From Candidatus Sediminicultor quintus (lineage in GTDB: Bacteria; Atribacterota; Phoenicimicrobiia; Phoenicimicrobiales; Phoenicimicrobiaceae): a DNA stretch of 38,547 nt. Below the pieces are notes generated by a model. That model was not told where the DNA came from, ran no database searches, and saw only the letters and a list, made by a program, of their open reading frames with translations. The translations under genes were made by a program, and so were the position numbers. The stretch is taken from positions 22,428-60,974 of the forward strand of contig MEYH01000090.1 of the NCBI GenBank assembly GCA_001773955.1, written 5' to 3'. Positions 37,041 through 38,547 of the stretch are shown piece by piece (the stretch's first letter is position 1; the number at the start of each line of letters is the position of its first letter).

Positions 37041-37792
37041 TTTAAAGCATCTCCTTTCAGATTGAATATTATCCTATCAAAATTTTTATTCTGATAGCAT
37101 CTTAGCTTTCTTAAACGTATAAGTTCTAACAAGGCAAGGAAAATAACAATAATTTCTAATTTACTCTGAGCTTTTTCCATAAAATAATCGAAAGACAATC
37201 CTTCTTTACTGCCCTTCAACAGGGTAATTATTTCTTTCATTTTGGAAGCGGCAGTAAAAGTTCTTTTTTTAAAGGGTATATAGTCTTCTTCCTTTTTATT
37301 CTGTAATACTTTTTCCAAAGAAGTTAAAAGGTCTGCTAAATCAACTTTCTGAATTTCTACACTACCTTCTTCATCATTGTTTTCTAGCGCCGAAAAATAG
37401 ATATTATTTTGGGTCCCTTCTTTTTTCTTTAAATATTCGACCACTTTTTGAAATTTTTCATATTCCTGAAGATATGCTTCTTTTTCTTTTGAAATCATAA
37501 AATCATTGTATTCATCATCTTCCTCTTCACTGCTTTTAACTTCCAATTTAGGAAGAAGATTTTCTGATTTTATTTTTAATATTATCGCTATCTCGGTTAT
37601 AGTTTTACCGGCAATGCTCAAGTCAATAGTACTCTTGTTTTGAATAACATATTTTAAATACTGATCTATTATTTCAGTAAGGGGTATCTGTTCAATATCT
37701 ACGATACCCTCTTTTATATTTCTCAGTAATTCATCTACGAAACTATCTAAATCATTAGTCTTTATTTTAAAGTCTATCTGGTTATTATTCAT
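36998..37792 (-). CDS. scpA: Segregation and condensation protein ScpA (kleisin), divergent N-terminus
   Basis: IPLTEIIDQYLKY, LKIKSENLLP, IIVIFLALLELIR, QNKNFDRI; trpS-scpA-scpB-rluB context. Confidence 0.88.
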   Translation of the reverse strand: MNNNQIDFKIKTNDLDSFVDELLRNIKEGIVDIEQIPLTEIIDQYLKYVIQNKSTIDLSIAGKTITEIAIILKIKSENLLPKLEVKSSEEEDDEYNDFMISKEKEAYLQEYEKFQKVVEYLKKKEGTQNNIYFSALENNDEEGSVEIQKVDLADLLTSLEKVLQNKKEEDYIPFKKRTFTAASKMKEIITLLKGSKEGLSFDYFMEKAQSKLEIIVIFLALLELIRLRKLRCYQNKNFDRIIFNLKGDALKLKKNQETIQDGAI

Positions 37793-38547
37793 GATCCAAA
37801 TTCATGGCTTTCTTTGCTTCATCGAGGGTCTGTTTAGCTGTTTGCCTTGCCTTTTTGCTTCCCTCGGTTACAATTTCTCTAATTATTTTCGGATTTTTTT
37901 CATAATATTTTCTTTTTTCTCTGAAACCATCAAACTTATTTATCAAGGCCTGAGCCAATCTCTTTTTGCATTCTACACACCCTAATTTTCCTGATTTACA
38001 TCCGGCAGATATTTCTTCAGATTGATCCGAATTAAATATCTCTTGATAGGTAAACACAACACAAATATCCGGATGTCCCGAATCATTCAACCTTATTTTT
38101 TGGGTATCAGTTATCATTACCTTCGTTTTTTCTTCAATTTTTTCCGGCGAATCGGATATGGAAATAGTATTCCCCAAAGTTTTACTCATTCTCTTTCCGT
38201 CAGTTCCCGGTACACGAGGAATTTTAGTCAATTTTACCTGGGGCAAAGGAAAAATATTTTTATAAAGATTATTAAATCTCCGGGCTATTTCCCGAGTTAA
38301 TTCTACATGGTGTACCTGATCTTCTCCCACCGGTACAGCATTCGCTTTGTAGATTAATATATCTGAAGCCATTAGAACCGGGTATCCCAAAAGACCATAA
38401 CTAATATTGTCTTTCAATCCTAAATCTCTTACCTGTTCTTTTAATACCGGATTTCTCTCTAACCAGGGCAAAGGAGTAATCATGGATAAAAGTAGATGCA
38501 ATTCTGCATGTTCCGGGACATAAGATTGTATTAATACAGTACTTCTT
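37785..38547 (-). CDS. trpS: Tryptophanyl-tRNA synthetase (5' part outside the window)
   Basis: QSYVPEHAEL upstream of the ORF-track start, YPVLMASDIL, VPVGEDQ..H.ELTR, KMSKS-like RMSKT; frame open to the window edge. Confidence 0.96.
   Translation of the reverse strand, partial: RSTVLIQSYVPEHAELHLLLSMITPLPWLERNPVLKEQVRDLGLKDNISYGLLGYPVLMASDILIYKANAVPVGEDQVHHVELTREIARRFNNLYKNIFPLPQVKLTKIPRVPGTDGKRMSKTLGNTISISDSPEKIEEKTKVMITDTQKIRLNDSGHPDICVVFTYQEIFNSDQSEEISAGCKSGKLGCVECKKRLAQALINKFDGFREKRKYYEKNPKIIREIVTEGSKKARQTAKQTLDEAKKAMNLDHE

Noticed and set aside
39-38300. The many plus-strand ORFs of 60-170 aa overlapping minus-strand genes (e.g. 39..548, 4119..4574, 21973..22296, 32283..32633)
   Set aside because: Antisense shadows of well-recognised genes; rich in Ser/Ile/Phe/Leu with no recognisable motifs.

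Overview
AT-rich bacterial chromosome segment made almost entirely of core housekeeping genes in a Firmicutes-like order. Nearly all are on the minus strand, and in transcription order they run: trpS (partial), scpA, scpB, rluB, cmk, ispH, [rpmB +], rsmD, coaD, PDZ/Lon-like protease, [tmcAL +], pta, ackA, rpmF, fapR, plsX, fabH, fabD, fabG, acpP, rnc, smc, ftsY, ffh, rpsP, khpA, rimM, trmD, rplS, rnhB, yraN, comM/yifB, rpe, der, plsY, a DUF362 Fe-S protein, topA, xerC, hslV, hslU. I saw no rRNA, tRNA, CRISPR array or transposase. The unusual content is intergenic. At least ten spacers are built from a shared kit of 7-nt (and some 8-nt) tandem arrays, dispersed 25-57 bp modules and GTAG-tagged REP palindromes. 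In spacers between co-directional genes the arrays are usually polarised. AGT/CGT-type heptamers follow the upstream stop codon and complementary ACT/ACG-type heptamers precede the downstream RBS, so the spacer could fold out as a long, sometimes nested, stem. This looks like a non-autonomous intervening-element system in essential operons (inference). Secondary oddities are an SMC with altered signature and hinge motifs, an scpB that seems to need a non-canonical start codon, and a clear promoter plus candidate FapR operator upstream of fapR.
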